Below, piece after piece: positions 38,090 through 47,970 of a stretch of DNA of 60,344 bases. A program made the translations under genes and the position numbers. Each line of letters begins with the position of its first letter. Within the stretch, counting starts at the first letter, position 1. The stretch covers positions 1-60,344 of the forward strand of contig JACPJV010000006.1 in NCBI GenBank assembly GCA_016187395.1, written 5' to 3'. This DNA comes from Candidatus Aenigmatarchaeota archaeon. GTDB taxonomy: Archaea > Aenigmatarchaeota > Aenigmatarchaeia > GW2011-AR5 > JACRAC01. The notes under the pieces were generated by a model. It saw only the letters and a program-made list of their open reading frames with translations. It searched no databases and was not told the DNA's origin.

Positions 38090-39448
38090 ATGCCAGGTCT
38101 GGAAGGATATTCGAAGAAAGTGCAAAAGCTGCTTGGCAAAAAAGGCATACGCATAGGCGACCGCGTTTCTGCGGGCGGCTACGAAGGCATGCTGATGCCG
38201 CGCATAGGCGGCGATGCAAATGCACTGGTCATAAAGCTGGACAACGGATATAATATAGGCGTGCGGGCGGAGAATGCCAGAAAGCTGGCTGGAAAAGCAA
38301 AAATGCAGGAAAGGGAGTGGAAGCTGAAATCTCAAAGGGATCCTGCAAAGCCGACTATTGCAATACTTCACACAGGCGGCACGATTGCGTCGAAGCTTGA
38401 TTACAGGACGGGCGCTGTGGAGCCTGCTATCACTGATGATGAATTGCTGGCGATGTATCCTGAACTCATGGAGCTTGCGAACGTACGCTCGCGCATCGTG
38501 TTCCAGATATTCTCAGAGGACCTGGAACCTGCTCACTGGGAAACGATTGCAAAGAAAGCCTACGATGAGATAGCAGAGGAAGGATGCGACGGCGTTATTA
38601 TCACGCACGGCACTGACACGATGTACTATACTGCTTCTGCCCTGAGCTTTGCGCTTCAAAACCTGCCTGTCCCTGTTTTGCTTGTCGCAAGCCAGCGCTC
38701 TTCTGACAGGCCGAGCAGCGACGCAGGCGTAAATCTTCTGAGCGCCGCGCTCTTCATAGCAAAGGGCGATTATGCTGGCGTGGGCATATGCATGCACTCT
38801 TCGCCATCTGATGACAAATGCTGGATTTTAGAGGCGAACAGGTGCAGAAAAATGCACACGTCACGAAGAGATGCTTATCGGCCAATAAATTCGAAGCCTC
38901 TGGCGGAGATAGACTGGAATGCACGGTCGATAAATTTCCTGAAGGAAGATTACAGAAGGAGAGACCAAAAAAGAATACTGCAGCTAAAGGCGAAATTCTC
39001 AGACAAGGTAGGTCTGCTTAAGATCTATCCGGGCTTTCCTCCGGACCTAATCGATTTTTTCGCAAAGAAATACCAAGGATTGCTCATAGAAGGCTATGCG
39101 TTCGGCCAGATGCCTGTGAATGCAGTGGATTCGAAAACAGATCATCATAAGATTCTCCTCGGAAAAATTGCAGCTCTTGCAAAGAATATCCCCATTGTCG
39201 TGGCTTCGCAGGTGCCTTATGGAATAGCCAATATGAACGTCTACTCGACGAGCCGCGACCTCACGAAGGCAGGGGTTATAGAGGCAAGGATGCCTGCCTA
39301 TTCTGCTTACGTGAAATTGTGCTGGCTGCTTGGAAACGGCAAAAGGCTGGATGATATCAGGAAAAAGATCAATGAGGATATTGCTGGAGAAGTTGTGACG
39401 CGACAAGAGCTTGATGAATTTCCGGACGAGGGGCTGGAGAAGGGATGA
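38090..39448 (+). CDS. gatD: Glu-tRNA(Gln) amidotransferase subunit D
   Basis: IKLDNGYNIG, HTGGTIASKLDYRTGAV, HGTDTM, SQRSSDRPSSD, RKMHTSRRDA. Confidence 0.97.
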   Translation: MPGLEGYSKKVQKLLGKKGIRIGDRVSAGGYEGMLMPRIGGDANALVIKLDNGYNIGVRAENARKLAGKAKMQEREWKLKSQRDPAKPTIAILHTGGTIASKLDYRTGAVEPAITDDELLAMYPELMELANVRSRIVFQIFSEDLEPAHWETIAKKAYDEIAEEGCDGVIITHGTDTMYYTASALSFALQNLPVPVLLVASQRSSDRPSSDAGVNLLSAALFIAKGDYAGVGICMHSSPSDDKCWILEANRCRKMHTSRRDAYRPINSKPLAEIDWNARSINFLKEDYRRRDQKRILQLKAKFSDKVGLLKIYPGFPPDLIDFFAKKYQGLLIEGYAFGQMPVNAVDSKTDHHKILLGKIAALAKNIPIVVASQVPYGIANMNVYSTSRDLTKAGVIEARMPAYSAYVKLCWLLGNGKRLDDIRKKINEDIAGEVVTRQELDEFPDEGLEKG

Positions 39449-39451
39449 ACA

Positions 39452-39500
39452 TTGGGAAAATTTCCTTGTTTTTCCCAAAATCTTTAAATATTTTGGGAAA
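39452..39500. promoter_or_regulatory. Inverted-repeat operator flanking the TATA box of the AbrB-vapC operon
   Basis: TTGGGAAAA..TTTTCCCAAAAT-CTTTAAAT-ATTTTGGGAAA. Confidence 0.6.
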
Positions 39501-39519
39501 CAATACTTCTTGTGATTTA

Positions 39520-39765
39520 ATGGAAATTCTCACGATAGACAGGGCTGGAAAGATGTATTTTCCAAAGGCTGTAAGGCATAAAATCAAGGAAAGGAATTAT
39601 GTAGCTGTTATACTGCCAGACGGCACTATAATGCTGCACAAGTTCAGGAGAATCAGGGACCCTAAAAAAGCGCTAAAGGAATTCCAAAAGCTGCCAGAGG
39701 TTACCAAGACGATAAAACAGATAAAGAAGGAGATTTACGACGAGGCTCTGAAGGGTGTGAAATGA
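39520..39765 (+). CDS. AbrB/MazE-type antitoxin
   Basis: LTIDRAGKMYFPKAVR; overlaps the PIN gene start. Confidence 0.75.
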   Translation: MEILTIDRAGKMYFPKAVRHKIKERNYVAVILPDGTIMLHKFRRIRDPKKALKEFQKLPEVTKTIKQIKKEIYDEALKGVK

Positions 39766-40145
39766 TGTACGCTGATCTGGACTTTTTCCTTGCGTTGCTG
39801 AAGAAGGAGGACTGGCTCAAAGAAAAAGCTGAAGAAATCTACAGGAAGCATCATAGGGAGATATGGACTTCCACCATCACTCTGCAGGAAATAATGCTCT
39901 ACGCATCCAGGGAACGCCTGAACCTATCCGAATTCATTGAGAGGATGCTGTCCCTCACAGAAATACGGGAAATCAATATCACAGTGGAAATGTGCCTTGC
40001 TGTCACCGACCTGATCAGCAGATTTAACATGACTCCCTTTGATGCCTTTCATGCTATGATATGCGAAGGCGATGAAATAATCAGTTCTGACAATTCTTAC
40101 GACAGAATAGGACTGAGACGAGTAAGACTGGAAGGCGACCATTGA
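39762..40145 (+). CDS. vapC: PIN-domain VapC toxin
   Basis: YADLDFFLAL, TLQE, TPFDAFHA, IISSD..YD. Confidence 0.85.
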   Translation: MMYADLDFFLALLKKEDWLKEKAEEIYRKHHREIWTSTITLQEIMLYASRERLNLSEFIERMLSLTEIREINITVEMCLAVTDLISRFNMTPFDAFHAMICEGDEIISSDNSYDRIGLRRVRLEGDH

Positions 40146-40334
40146 ATCCCGAAAAATGCGATAAAGGCAAATCAGGGCAAGAAGGAAAGCGTTATCAATA
40201 TGCATAGTCATGGAAAAAGGTGCGCGCAGTTTTGACGGAGCTTTCCAGAAATCAGTGATCTCTGCGAGCCTGTCTCGAATCGCGCTAACGCGCTTTTATG
40301 CCTTGCGCATACAATTCTTTTCTGGTGTGGTGTT

Positions 40335-40763
40335 ATGATCGAAAGGCTTAGCCCTGCAGAAGCTGCGGAAGTGATGAAACGGCATTTTGCAAGATTGGGA
40401 GAATACCAGATGTCGTTAAGAAACGAGCTGCTTGGCGATGTCATCTCTGCAGTTGAAAGTGTCGGTGGAAACGGGTCTAATCCAATGGCGCATGCACAAA
40501 ACAGGGCAGTGGAAAGGTACGGGGATGACCCCAATTTTTATAAAATTCTACCAGTACTTGAAGAAATTGCTCATGATTATTTCCTTCTCCTAGAAAGGTC
40601 TGATTTATTGAGGAGGTGCGAGATGAAAACTGAAATAAGGTCCGCTCTTTTCCAGCCACCGGATGCAAACCGAGTATATGACTTTGTGAGCGATCTTCTG
40701 GTAAGCCTGAGAAGAGCTCAAATCCGGCATTCTAAACATCACGGGGAGCCTCTCAGTTTTTAA
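40335..40763 (+). CDS. Hypothetical protein
   Basis: ORF with GGTG SD, upstream of gatE. Confidence 0.6.
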   Translation: MIERLSPAEAAEVMKRHFARLGEYQMSLRNELLGDVISAVESVGGNGSNPMAHAQNRAVERYGDDPNFYKILPVLEEIAHDYFLLLERSDLLRRCEMKTEIRSALFQPPDANRVYDFVSDLLVSLRRAQIRHSKHHGEPLSF

Positions 40764-40785
40764 CCTTCTGCGGGCATACTTTCTC

Positions 40786-42585
40786 ATGGCTAAAGGCAAA
40801 TATGAACTGCGCTGCGGTCTCGAGATACACCAGCGCCTACACACGAAAAAACTTTTCTGCAATTGCGAAAGCACACAAACAGAAGAGCCGTTTCTTGAGG
40901 TGCGCCGGCAATTAAGGCCTGTGGCTGGCGAGCTGGGCGACGTGGACCCTGCTGCTCTTCATGAAGCGCTTCGCGGAAGGCATTTTTTGTATCAAATATC
41001 CCAGAAAGAAAGCTGCCTTGTTGAATTAGACTGCGAGCCGCCGCATGAGATTAACCTGGAGGCACTGGATGTAGCTCTGTCTGTTTGCAAACTTCTGCAA
41101 TGTACCATACCTGAGGAAATCCATGTTATGAGAAAGACTGTCATTGATGGCAGCAATACAGGCGGCTTTCAGCGCACGGCGGTGGTAGGGATGGATGGAA
41201 AGATCAAGGTCGGCAATGAAATCATAGAGATAGATCAGATAGCTCTGGAAGAGGAAAGCGCCCGGATTGAAAGCAAAAGCGAGCACGAGACAATCTATAG
41301 ACTGTCCGGCCTTGGAATACCGCTTGTTGAAATAACGACTGGTGTGATTGATGATGCAGATAAATTGCAGAAGGTGGCGGAGCATATAGGGCTCCTTTTA
41401 CGGTCATTTGATGTGCAGCGCGGCATCGGAAGCATAAGGCAGGACGTGAATGTTTCTATTGCTAATGGAGCAAGGGTTGAGATAAAGGGTTTCCAGGAAC
41501 TGGAAAAAATGGCAGAGCTTGTGAAGAATGAAGCAAAGCGCCAGCAGGACCTGCTTAACATCATGAATAAACTAATAAAGCGCAAGGCTTCGGTTTCCGG
41601 AGCAGTAAAAGATGTTACGAAATATTTCGGTAATACGGGAAACATTCTCCTGAAAGACATTGTAAATAACAAAGGGCGCGTTTTCGCTTTTCTTCTCAGA
41701 AATTTTGATGGAATGATGACAGAGGAATGCGGCGACCGCACGCTTGGCAAAGAGCTGGCAGGGTATGCGCAGGCATACGGCATAGGCGGCATAATTCACA
41801 CCGATGAAGACCTTGGCAGATACAAGCTGAGGAATGAGTTTGACCTTTTGAAAAAAGAATTCAAGGCGAAGGAAAGGGATTCTATAGTAATCCTTGCAGG
41901 CATGATGCCTGATGTCAGGAATGCAGTTAATGCCGTGTATGAGCGCGCTTTGCACCTGCTTTCCGGAGTTCCGGAAGAAACGCGCTTTTCTGATGGCATA
42001 GGCTCAAAATTTGCAAGGCCCCTGCCAGGAAAGGCGCGAATGTATCCTGAGACAGACGTGCCTCCTATAATTGCAGAAGCGCCGAAAAAACTGCCGAAGA
42101 CGATGTTCGAGAAGGAAAGTGACTTAAAAAAGAGGCTGCCTGCAGAAATGGCGGAGCAGATGATAAGATCACACAGGCTGCCCTTGTATGAAAAACTTGC
42201 AGAAAGGCATGATCCTGTTCTTGTGGCAAACACGCTTCTTTCTACCATGAAGGACTTAAGTAGGCGCGGGTTTGATGTTGAAAGAATAGGCGAGGAAGAA
42301 TTGTCTGCAATATTTTCTATGGTAAAGAAAGGCAAAATCACAAGGCAGGCGATCCCTGAAGCGCTTGCTATGATTGCACAAGGAAAATCGATAAATGATA
42401 TAGAAAAAAGCTTCGGGTCCATGCCAGAAATCCAGCTTCGAGATATAGTGCGTTCTGTTATAAAATCCAATCCAAATGCAAACGAGGGAGCTTTAATGGG
42501 CATTGTAATGAACAAGGCCCGTGGACGCGTTGAAGGCAAGATCGTGGCTAAAATAGTCAGGGAGGAAATGGGAAAGGGCAGGTAG
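40786..42585 (+). CDS. gatE: Glu-tRNA(Gln) amidotransferase subunit E
   Basis: CGLEIHQRL..KKLFC, MRKTVIDGSNTGGFQRT, RGIGSIRQDVNVSI, RMYPETDVP. Confidence 0.97.
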   Translation: MAKGKYELRCGLEIHQRLHTKKLFCNCESTQTEEPFLEVRRQLRPVAGELGDVDPAALHEALRGRHFLYQISQKESCLVELDCEPPHEINLEALDVALSVCKLLQCTIPEEIHVMRKTVIDGSNTGGFQRTAVVGMDGKIKVGNEIIEIDQIALEEESARIESKSEHETIYRLSGLGIPLVEITTGVIDDADKLQKVAEHIGLLLRSFDVQRGIGSIRQDVNVSIANGARVEIKGFQELEKMAELVKNEAKRQQDLLNIMNKLIKRKASVSGAVKDVTKYFGNTGNILLKDIVNNKGRVFAFLLRNFDGMMTEECGDRTLGKELAGYAQAYGIGGIIHTDEDLGRYKLRNEFDLLKKEFKAKERDSIVILAGMMPDVRNAVNAVYERALHLLSGVPEETRFSDGIGSKFARPLPGKARMYPETDVPPIIAEAPKKLPKTMFEKESDLKKRLPAEMAEQMIRSHRLPLYEKLAERHDPVLVANTLLSTMKDLSRRGFDVERIGEEELSAIFSMVKKGKITRQAIPEALAMIAQGKSINDIEKSFGSMPEIQLRDIVRSVIKSNPNANEGALMGIVMNKARGRVEGKIVAKIVREEMGKGR

Positions 42586-42643
42586 CTTCGAGCAAGCCGA
42601 TTTCTGTAAAGGAGTGTTGTCGCAACCAGGTTTGATACCTTTA

Positions 42644-42664
42644 AATACATGTATGACATGTATT
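42644..42664. promoter_or_regulatory. Palindromic operator of the vapBC promoter
   Basis: AATACATG-N5-CATGTATT overlapping TTTAAATA. Confidence 0.55.
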
Positions 42665-42669
42665 ACATT

Positions 42670-42894
42670 ATGCAATTAAGCGTCAGGAATGTTGCCAAAA
42701 AAACCTTCAAGGAGTTTAAGGCCAGAACCGTTGAGGAGGGCGTCCCTGTTGGGACGGCTCTGACTCTTGCCATGGAGGAGTGGCTTGAAAGGAGGAATAC
42801 TAAGAGGAAAAAATACCTCGAACTAAAGCCTTGGGACTGGGGAACAGGCACGGAAAGAACGAGCAAGGATATTGACAAAATAGTCTACGGGTGA
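42670..42894 (+). CDS. Antitoxin (RHH-like)
   Basis: LSVRNV...FKEFKA; overlaps vapC (GTGA). Confidence 0.75.
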   Translation: MQLSVRNVAKKTFKEFKARTVEEGVPVGTALTLAMEEWLERRNTKRKKYLELKPWDWGTGTERTSKDIDKIVYG

Positions 42895-43307
42895 TTATAA
42901 TCTCCGTTCTTATTGATACCAATATTTTCGTATCCTACTACAATAAAAGAGATGTGGAGCACGAAAGAGCTTCAAAAATAATGCCTGAAATATTTGACGG
43001 GAGGTTCGGTAAACCTATAGTCTCTGATTATATTTTCGATGAGATAATCACTGTCTGCCTTGCACGGCTCAAAGACAAAGAGCATGTTAAGAAAATAGGA
43101 TCTGATATGCTTTCTACGGACATCATCTTCGTCAAGGTCAGTGAAAATGTTTTTTCGGAAGCATGGAAATTCTTCCTTTCGACAGATAAAACTTTCAGCT
43201 TCACTGACTGCACAAATATTGCGCTGCTGAAAATCTATAACATAGATTCCATAGCGACGTTTGATAGTGAATTCAAAAAGGTGAAAGATGTAAAGGTTGT
43301 GCCGTAA
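42891..43307 (+). CDS. vapC: PIN-domain VapC toxin
   Basis: LIDTNIF, DYIFDE, SFTDC, IATFDSEF. Confidence 0.9.
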   Translation: MIIISVLIDTNIFVSYYNKRDVEHERASKIMPEIFDGRFGKPIVSDYIFDEIITVCLARLKDKEHVKKIGSDMLSTDIIFVKVSENVFSEAWKFFLSTDKTFSFTDCTNIALLKIYNIDSIATFDSEFKKVKDVKVVP

Positions 43308-43310
43308 GTT

Positions 43311-43406
43311 TAATGTGAAACAAGGAAATAATACCGACATGTCCTTGTTTCACAGTATAGTGCACAAGGAATTATTATATCCCGATTTATTCCTTGTAGC
43401 ACTATA
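43311..43406 (+). mobile_element. Double-hairpin MITE-like element, copy E
   Basis: 96 bp; exact reverse complement of 59087-59182. Confidence 0.85.
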
Positions 43407-43564
43407 AACTCAAAGATCAAACTTCGTTACAAGCCTAGGAAACGCAGAATCTTAGGGTTTTCGTATAAGGGGTGTTAAATGAAATTGCTGATTTTTCTCA
43501 TGATTTTAATTTTCTGTGCCCAAGCTCAAAATATTTATAATGTATTTGATTCATCTATTATCAT

Positions 43565-44326
43565 ATGAAAGAAACAAAGGTCTCAATCCTTAACAAACAA
43601 AACGAAAAACTTGTCGGGATAGAAACCGCCCCCTCAATTGAGGAAGAAAAATATCCAACAGTTCTTTTGGTTCATGGTTTTGGCGTCACCAAAGAGGAGG
43701 GTGGAATGTTTGATGAACTTGCAAAGAATCTTGCAGACGCAGAATTTTTGGTTTACAGGTTTGACTTTTCAGGAAGAGGAGAAAGCGAGGGAGACTATAG
43801 TGAAACATCTATATCAAAACAAAAGTCAGATTTAACAAAAATATTGAAATTTGTTAAGTCACAAGAAAAAGTGGATGTTGCAAGAATAGGTATTTTAGCA
43901 CAATCTTTTGGCACATCAGTTACAGTTGCTCTAACTCCCAATGTAAAAACAATCATTCTTATGGGAAGTATTGCACATCCACAAATAGTTTCTGGAAAGC
44001 CCTCCAAATGGGAAGTTTTTGATAAAGAGGGGACCTCAAAAAAAGTCAAACCTAATGGAGAAGTTATCTTCATAAAATCACAATTTTGGAAAGATATGGA
44101 TAATTATAATTTATTGGATTTAATATCCAAAATTGATTGCCCCATATTATTCATTCATGGGTCACTTGATGACAGAGTTCCGCTTTCTGAAATGGAAGAG
44201 TATTTTAAAAATGCAAATGAACCAAAAGAAAAAATAATAATTGAGGGGGCGGATCACGAATTGAGACCTCATAGAGATAAAATGTATAAAATCGTAGTAG
44301 AGTGGTTCAAAAAACAATTAGCTTGA
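43565..44326 (+). CDS. Alpha/beta hydrolase (AT-rich)
   Basis: LVHGF, RFDFSGRGESEG, AQSFG, FIHGSLDDRVP, EGADH. Confidence 0.9.
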   Translation: MKETKVSILNKQNEKLVGIETAPSIEEEKYPTVLLVHGFGVTKEEGGMFDELAKNLADAEFLVYRFDFSGRGESEGDYSETSISKQKSDLTKILKFVKSQEKVDVARIGILAQSFGTSVTVALTPNVKTIILMGSIAHPQIVSGKPSKWEVFDKEGTSKKVKPNGEVIFIKSQFWKDMDNYNLLDLISKIDCPILFIHGSLDDRVPLSEMEEYFKNANEPKEKIIIEGADHELRPHRDKMYKIVVEWFKKQLA

Positions 44327-44419
44327 GCTTGGGCACTTATTCTATATGAACGAAAAATCAGCAACTTGCTCACTATCGTTCGCACCCCGCTGCGCTCTCC
44401 TCCTTTCAGTCGTCGGGTC

Positions 44420-44519
44420 ACTTAACACGGGCTATATGAGAATTTGCTCGGCTCGCAAATTCTCCAAATTTTTCTTCCACTTCGTTCCAGAAAAACTTCG
44501 TATATCCCTAACGTTATGC
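44420..44519 (+). repeat. attC-like palindromic site
   Basis: ACTTAAC-ACGGGCTATATGAG...TTCGTATATCCC-TAAC-GTTATGC; the arms pair and enclose internal hairpins. Confidence 0.5.
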
Positions 44520-44541
44520 CCAATATCCAGTCCCTTTCTAT

Positions 44542-45213
44542 CTATTCCACAAACCCCAGCGCCTCTGCTATTCTCCCAAGCTCCGGGCCGCTGCTTGCGG
44601 ATGATGCGACAAAGCCGGAGCTGTTTGCTATTATGCCTGAGCCTGGATACGGCGAGCCGAACGAGACTGTGCCTATATCTGCTTTGACTGCAAGAACTTT
44701 TTCTATTGCCTTCATTTCACTATTGGTTACCTGCGGATGCAAAAGGCATCCTTTGTTTGTGCACAAAGCTGCTGATCCTATGATGTTTATGTTTGCTATG
44801 GTGGATATTTCCGCATTCAAGCCGCTCACCCTTTCTATATTTTTCTTAAGATGCTTTATCATCGGAGATATGACGATGCCGTTGTCATTTGCGAGGATCA
44901 TGTTTCCTAAAGCTTTCTCTGTTTCTATTTCTACTATCTCAGCCCTGTTTCCAACTGCTTCCGCAATGCTTTTTTTATCGCTGTCAAAAAGAAAGTCCGG
45001 AATGAAAAGCATGGAGGAGTTTCCGGCCAGGAACAATTTCACCAGATCAAGCCCTATTATGGTTGCTTCTCCTGCGTCTGTGCGCAATGTTTTTTCTATA
45101 ATTTCCCTTCTTCTGACCATTTTGCCCATGATGCAGTAGGAATCAGTAGCAAGGCCGTAAAAGCCTATGTTATTATCACCGGCCACATCTGTCTGGGAAT
45201 AAAATTCTGGCAT
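44542..45213 (-). CDS. eif6: Translation initiation factor 6 (aIF6)
   Basis: NIGFYG, ALGNMILAND.G, NKGCLLHP, IGTVSFGSPYPGSGIIANSSG, ELGRI. Confidence 0.93.
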   Translation of the reverse strand: MPEFYSQTDVAGDNNIGFYGLATDSYCIMGKMVRRREIIEKTLRTDAGEATIIGLDLVKLFLAGNSSMLFIPDFLFDSDKKSIAEAVGNRAEIVEIETEKALGNMILANDNGIVISPMIKHLKKNIERVSGLNAEISTIANINIIGSAALCTNKGCLLHPQVTNSEMKAIEKVLAVKADIGTVSFGSPYPGSGIIANSSGFVASSASSGPELGRIAEALGFVE

Positions 45214-45247
45214 GACTTTAATTGAACGATACGGTTAAAAACAGATT

Positions 45248-45943
45248 TCACACTCTTATTATCCTTTTTGATTTTGGTATGAACCTGCGAAGTTTTGTCT
45301 TGAATTTCTCATAATTATCCTCCTTTGTTTTCACAAAGACTTCCAATTCAACCTCATCTCCTATTTTCATCCCTGTTTTTTCCTGCAAATTGTCATCATC
45401 TATTAATTCTGCCACATCCTCTTCCTGTATACCTACCTCCTCATGAATTATCCAGCACTCCTCGATGAAATTCCTGAAATACAACCTTGCTTTTGCAAGC
45501 CGTGCGTCTATCCACACCCTGCCGTCAAAAAGCACGTGCTGTACCCTTCTTTCTTCTATATCCTCTATCCTTACTGCCTTCTCGAGCTTAACATTAAGAG
45601 TTCCTGGAAACGGCTTGCAGCCTAGAATATGCCTGAGGCGAGGCTCATATCTTTCAACAAGCTCCTTGCCTCTTCCTGTACCGCTGATAACTTTGCCGCG
45701 CAATCTTACTGCTATGCGCTCTTGTTCTTTGGACATTTCTATCGGTATCTGCTCTGACAGTGCGCGCTGCACGGGAAGCTTATCCACTCCTTTTTTCTCG
45801 TTTTGCTCCTCTTCGTGTTTTTCTTCTGTTTTCGGTTCTTCGGAGATTTCTTCCTTGCGTTCTTCCTCCTTTTTAGCAGGCTCCTTGTTTTCTTCGCCCT
45901 TCAGTACAGCTCTTTTGTAACGCTCCAGTTCGTCATCAGCCAT
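45248..45943 (-). CDS. CTP-dependent riboflavin kinase (DUF120)-like protein with acidic N-terminus
   Basis: LRGKVISGTGRG...LGCKPFPGTLNV...IGDEVE. Confidence 0.7.
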   Translation of the reverse strand: MADDELERYKRAVLKGEENKEPAKKEEERKEEISEEPKTEEKHEEEQNEKKGVDKLPVQRALSEQIPIEMSKEQERIAVRLRGKVISGTGRGKELVERYEPRLRHILGCKPFPGTLNVKLEKAVRIEDIEERRVQHVLFDGRVWIDARLAKARLYFRNFIEECWIIHEEVGIQEEDVAELIDDDNLQEKTGMKIGDEVELEVFVKTKEDNYEKFKTKLRRFIPKSKRIIRV

Positions 45944-46032
45944 GAGAAAATATTCTTTACCGCAGATAAAAAACAAATATATACCCTTCCTGACATAATA
46001 ATAGGAGTTCACGGGACACTAAGTGTGGTGCC

Positions 46033-46236
46033 ATGGTAAGCAAGGCAAAACATGTTATTTATGGCAATGGATATCACTGCGATGTCTGCGGCTTTATGTA
46101 CAGAAAAATAACGCATGCACGCTGTTGCGAAAGTTTTTGCAAAAAAAACGGCAAATTCTCTTTAGAGAATGTACGGAAAGCAATAGGAAGGACAGAGACT
46201 CTTCGTAATTCTCTTGAAGCTGAAATAGCGCTTTAA
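46033..46236 (+). CDS. Small Cys-rich (Zn-finger-like) protein
   Basis: YHCDVCGFMY...ARCCESFC. Confidence 0.65.
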   Translation: MVSKAKHVIYGNGYHCDVCGFMYRKITHARCCESFCKKNGKFSLENVRKAIGRTETLRNSLEAEIAL

Positions 46237-46260
46237 AAACTATTCTGTTCAATTTCTTCC

Positions 46261-46686
46261 ATGACAAAAGAAGAGGACCAGAAGGGATTGCAGAAAAAAT
46301 ATTTGCAGCTTCAGCTGCTGAAGCAGTACGTCACTGCTATGATTGAAGAGAAGGGGAAAATAGAGACAAAAATAGCAGAAAGCGCAGTTACTATGCATGC
46401 AGCAGAAAGCATATCTAATGTGCAGAAGGGTGAGGAATTCTGGGCGCCTCTCGGGTCTGATGCTTACATGCTATCAGACATTGTTGATGTGAAAAATCTT
46501 CTCTTAAACGTTGGTGCGAATGTCTACGTACAAAAAACCATCGAAGAGGCAAATGAGTTGCTGCAAAAGCGAAGAAAGGAGTATGAAGAAGTAAATGAGA
46601 AGATGGGGGCAGAGATTGCAGAAATGGTGCGGCAGATTGAACTGCTCGAGAGACAGGTTCAGGAGATGGCGAAGGAGATAGAATAG
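46261..46686 (+). CDS. pfdA: Prefoldin subunit alpha
   Basis: Two coiled coils around APLGSDAY...LLNVGANVYVQKTIEEA. Confidence 0.88.
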   Translation: MTKEEDQKGLQKKYLQLQLLKQYVTAMIEEKGKIETKIAESAVTMHAAESISNVQKGEEFWAPLGSDAYMLSDIVDVKNLLLNVGANVYVQKTIEEANELLQKRRKEYEEVNEKMGAEIAEMVRQIELLERQVQEMAKEIE

Positions 46687-46695
46687 GCGGATGAT

Positions 46696-46941
46696 ATGAA
46701 TTACAAGACAAGAAGGGTCGTGCAGGCTGCGGGCGCTTTGGCATGGGTTGGATCTGTTTTTTTCGGGCTTCCAAGCGTAGTTGGATACCGCATGACAAGA
46801 GGAACGCTTGAAGCCGGATATTCTGAGGGTGAGATAAGAAGAAGAATTTCTGAAGGTTATGGGGAAGGAATGGACACCAAACTTGTTGTGATAAGGGCGT
46901 GGCCTGGCATTGAGGCAGCTCTGTTGTTGCACGGAGAATAG
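46696..46941 (+). CDS. Small membrane hypothetical protein
   Basis: N-terminal hydrophobic segment. Confidence 0.5.
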   Translation: MNYKTRRVVQAAGALAWVGSVFFGLPSVVGYRMTRGTLEAGYSEGEIRRRISEGYGEGMDTKLVVIRAWPGIEAALLLHGE

Positions 46942-46982
46942 ATATCAGATGCTTTTTTATCGTTTAGCTGCCTAATTTCAAA

Positions 46983-47963
46983 ATGTTCCTTGAGAAGTAC
47001 AAGCCAAAAGGCATAAGCGGTATGATAGCGAACGGGAAGGGGGCTTATGAGATTCTTTCTTTTGTAAAGAACTGGAAGAAAGGATTTGCTGTTATAACCG
47101 GTCCTCCGGGTTGCGGAAAGAGCTTGTCGCTGGAGCTGGTCTCGCAAGAACTTAAATGCGAGCTGATTGAAGGCACGCTAGAAGATGTGGAAAAGGCTTC
47201 GAAAGAGCAGAGCCTGCTTGGAAGAAACAAAATGCTTGCTGTTGACATAGACGAACCTCCTCCATCCTCAATGACGCATAAGCAGTATCTTGATTGCCTT
47301 GAGAAGCTCGCAGAAAAGGCAAGGTGGCCCCTTTTTTTTGTTACCAATGACATTTATCAGGACTCTTTGTGGAGATTCCGGAAGAGATTTCCGGGGATGA
47401 GAATGATAAGGTTCTTCCCCTCCTTTGAGAATGCGCTTTTGCAATTTCTTGGATATGTATGCAAAAGCGAAAGGATCCCCTACGACACGGAGGCTCTTCG
47501 CCTTATTGCGAGAAAAAGCGATGGCGACCTGCGGTTTGCGCTGATTGCGCTAGAAAGCATGCCCAGAATTGCAGTTGAATACTCCGGATCGGTAAGCAGG
47601 GATGGTTTGTACAACATCTATACTGCGCTTGATTCGATCTTTACAGGCGTGAATTTTTCTGAAGATTATGATTCCAATAACATGCTTCAGATAGTTGCGG
47701 AAAACATTCCAAATGTTTACAGCGAAAACCTGCTTGTGCATGCTTACAGGTGCATAGCAATGGCAGAGTGGTTCCAGAAGAAAAGCAAAAGTCACATTTA
47801 CATCCTAACATCCCTTCCAAAGGCTCAAAAGCAGAGAAGGAGCTATATATTTCCCAGGAAAAGTTATGACAATTTCCCCAAAGAAATTTCGCAAAAACTC
47901 CACTGTTCCGCAAAAAAGGTTGTTGCATATAAAAACGTACTTGAAAAGATCGGCGTGTTTTGA
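46983..47963 (+). CDS. Replication factor C-like AAA+ protein (divergent, short large-subunit type)
   Basis: EKYKPK, GPPGCGKS Walker A, GDLRFAL; atypical Walker B. Confidence 0.7.
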   Translation: MFLEKYKPKGISGMIANGKGAYEILSFVKNWKKGFAVITGPPGCGKSLSLELVSQELKCELIEGTLEDVEKASKEQSLLGRNKMLAVDIDEPPPSSMTHKQYLDCLEKLAEKARWPLFFVTNDIYQDSLWRFRKRFPGMRMIRFFPSFENALLQFLGYVCKSERIPYDTEALRLIARKSDGDLRFALIALESMPRIAVEYSGSVSRDGLYNIYTALDSIFTGVNFSEDYDSNNMLQIVAENIPNVYSENLLVHAYRCIAMAEWFQKKSKSHIYILTSLPKAQKQRRSYIFPRKSYDNFPKEISQKLHCSAKKVVAYKNVLEKIGVF

Positions 47964-47970
47964 CCAAAAC

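Noticed and set aside
41796-42659. 287-aa minus-strand ORF and similar long antisense ORFs (e.g. 44444-45139, 53939-54640)
   Set aside because: Lie antisense to well-supported genes and have no recognisable motifs
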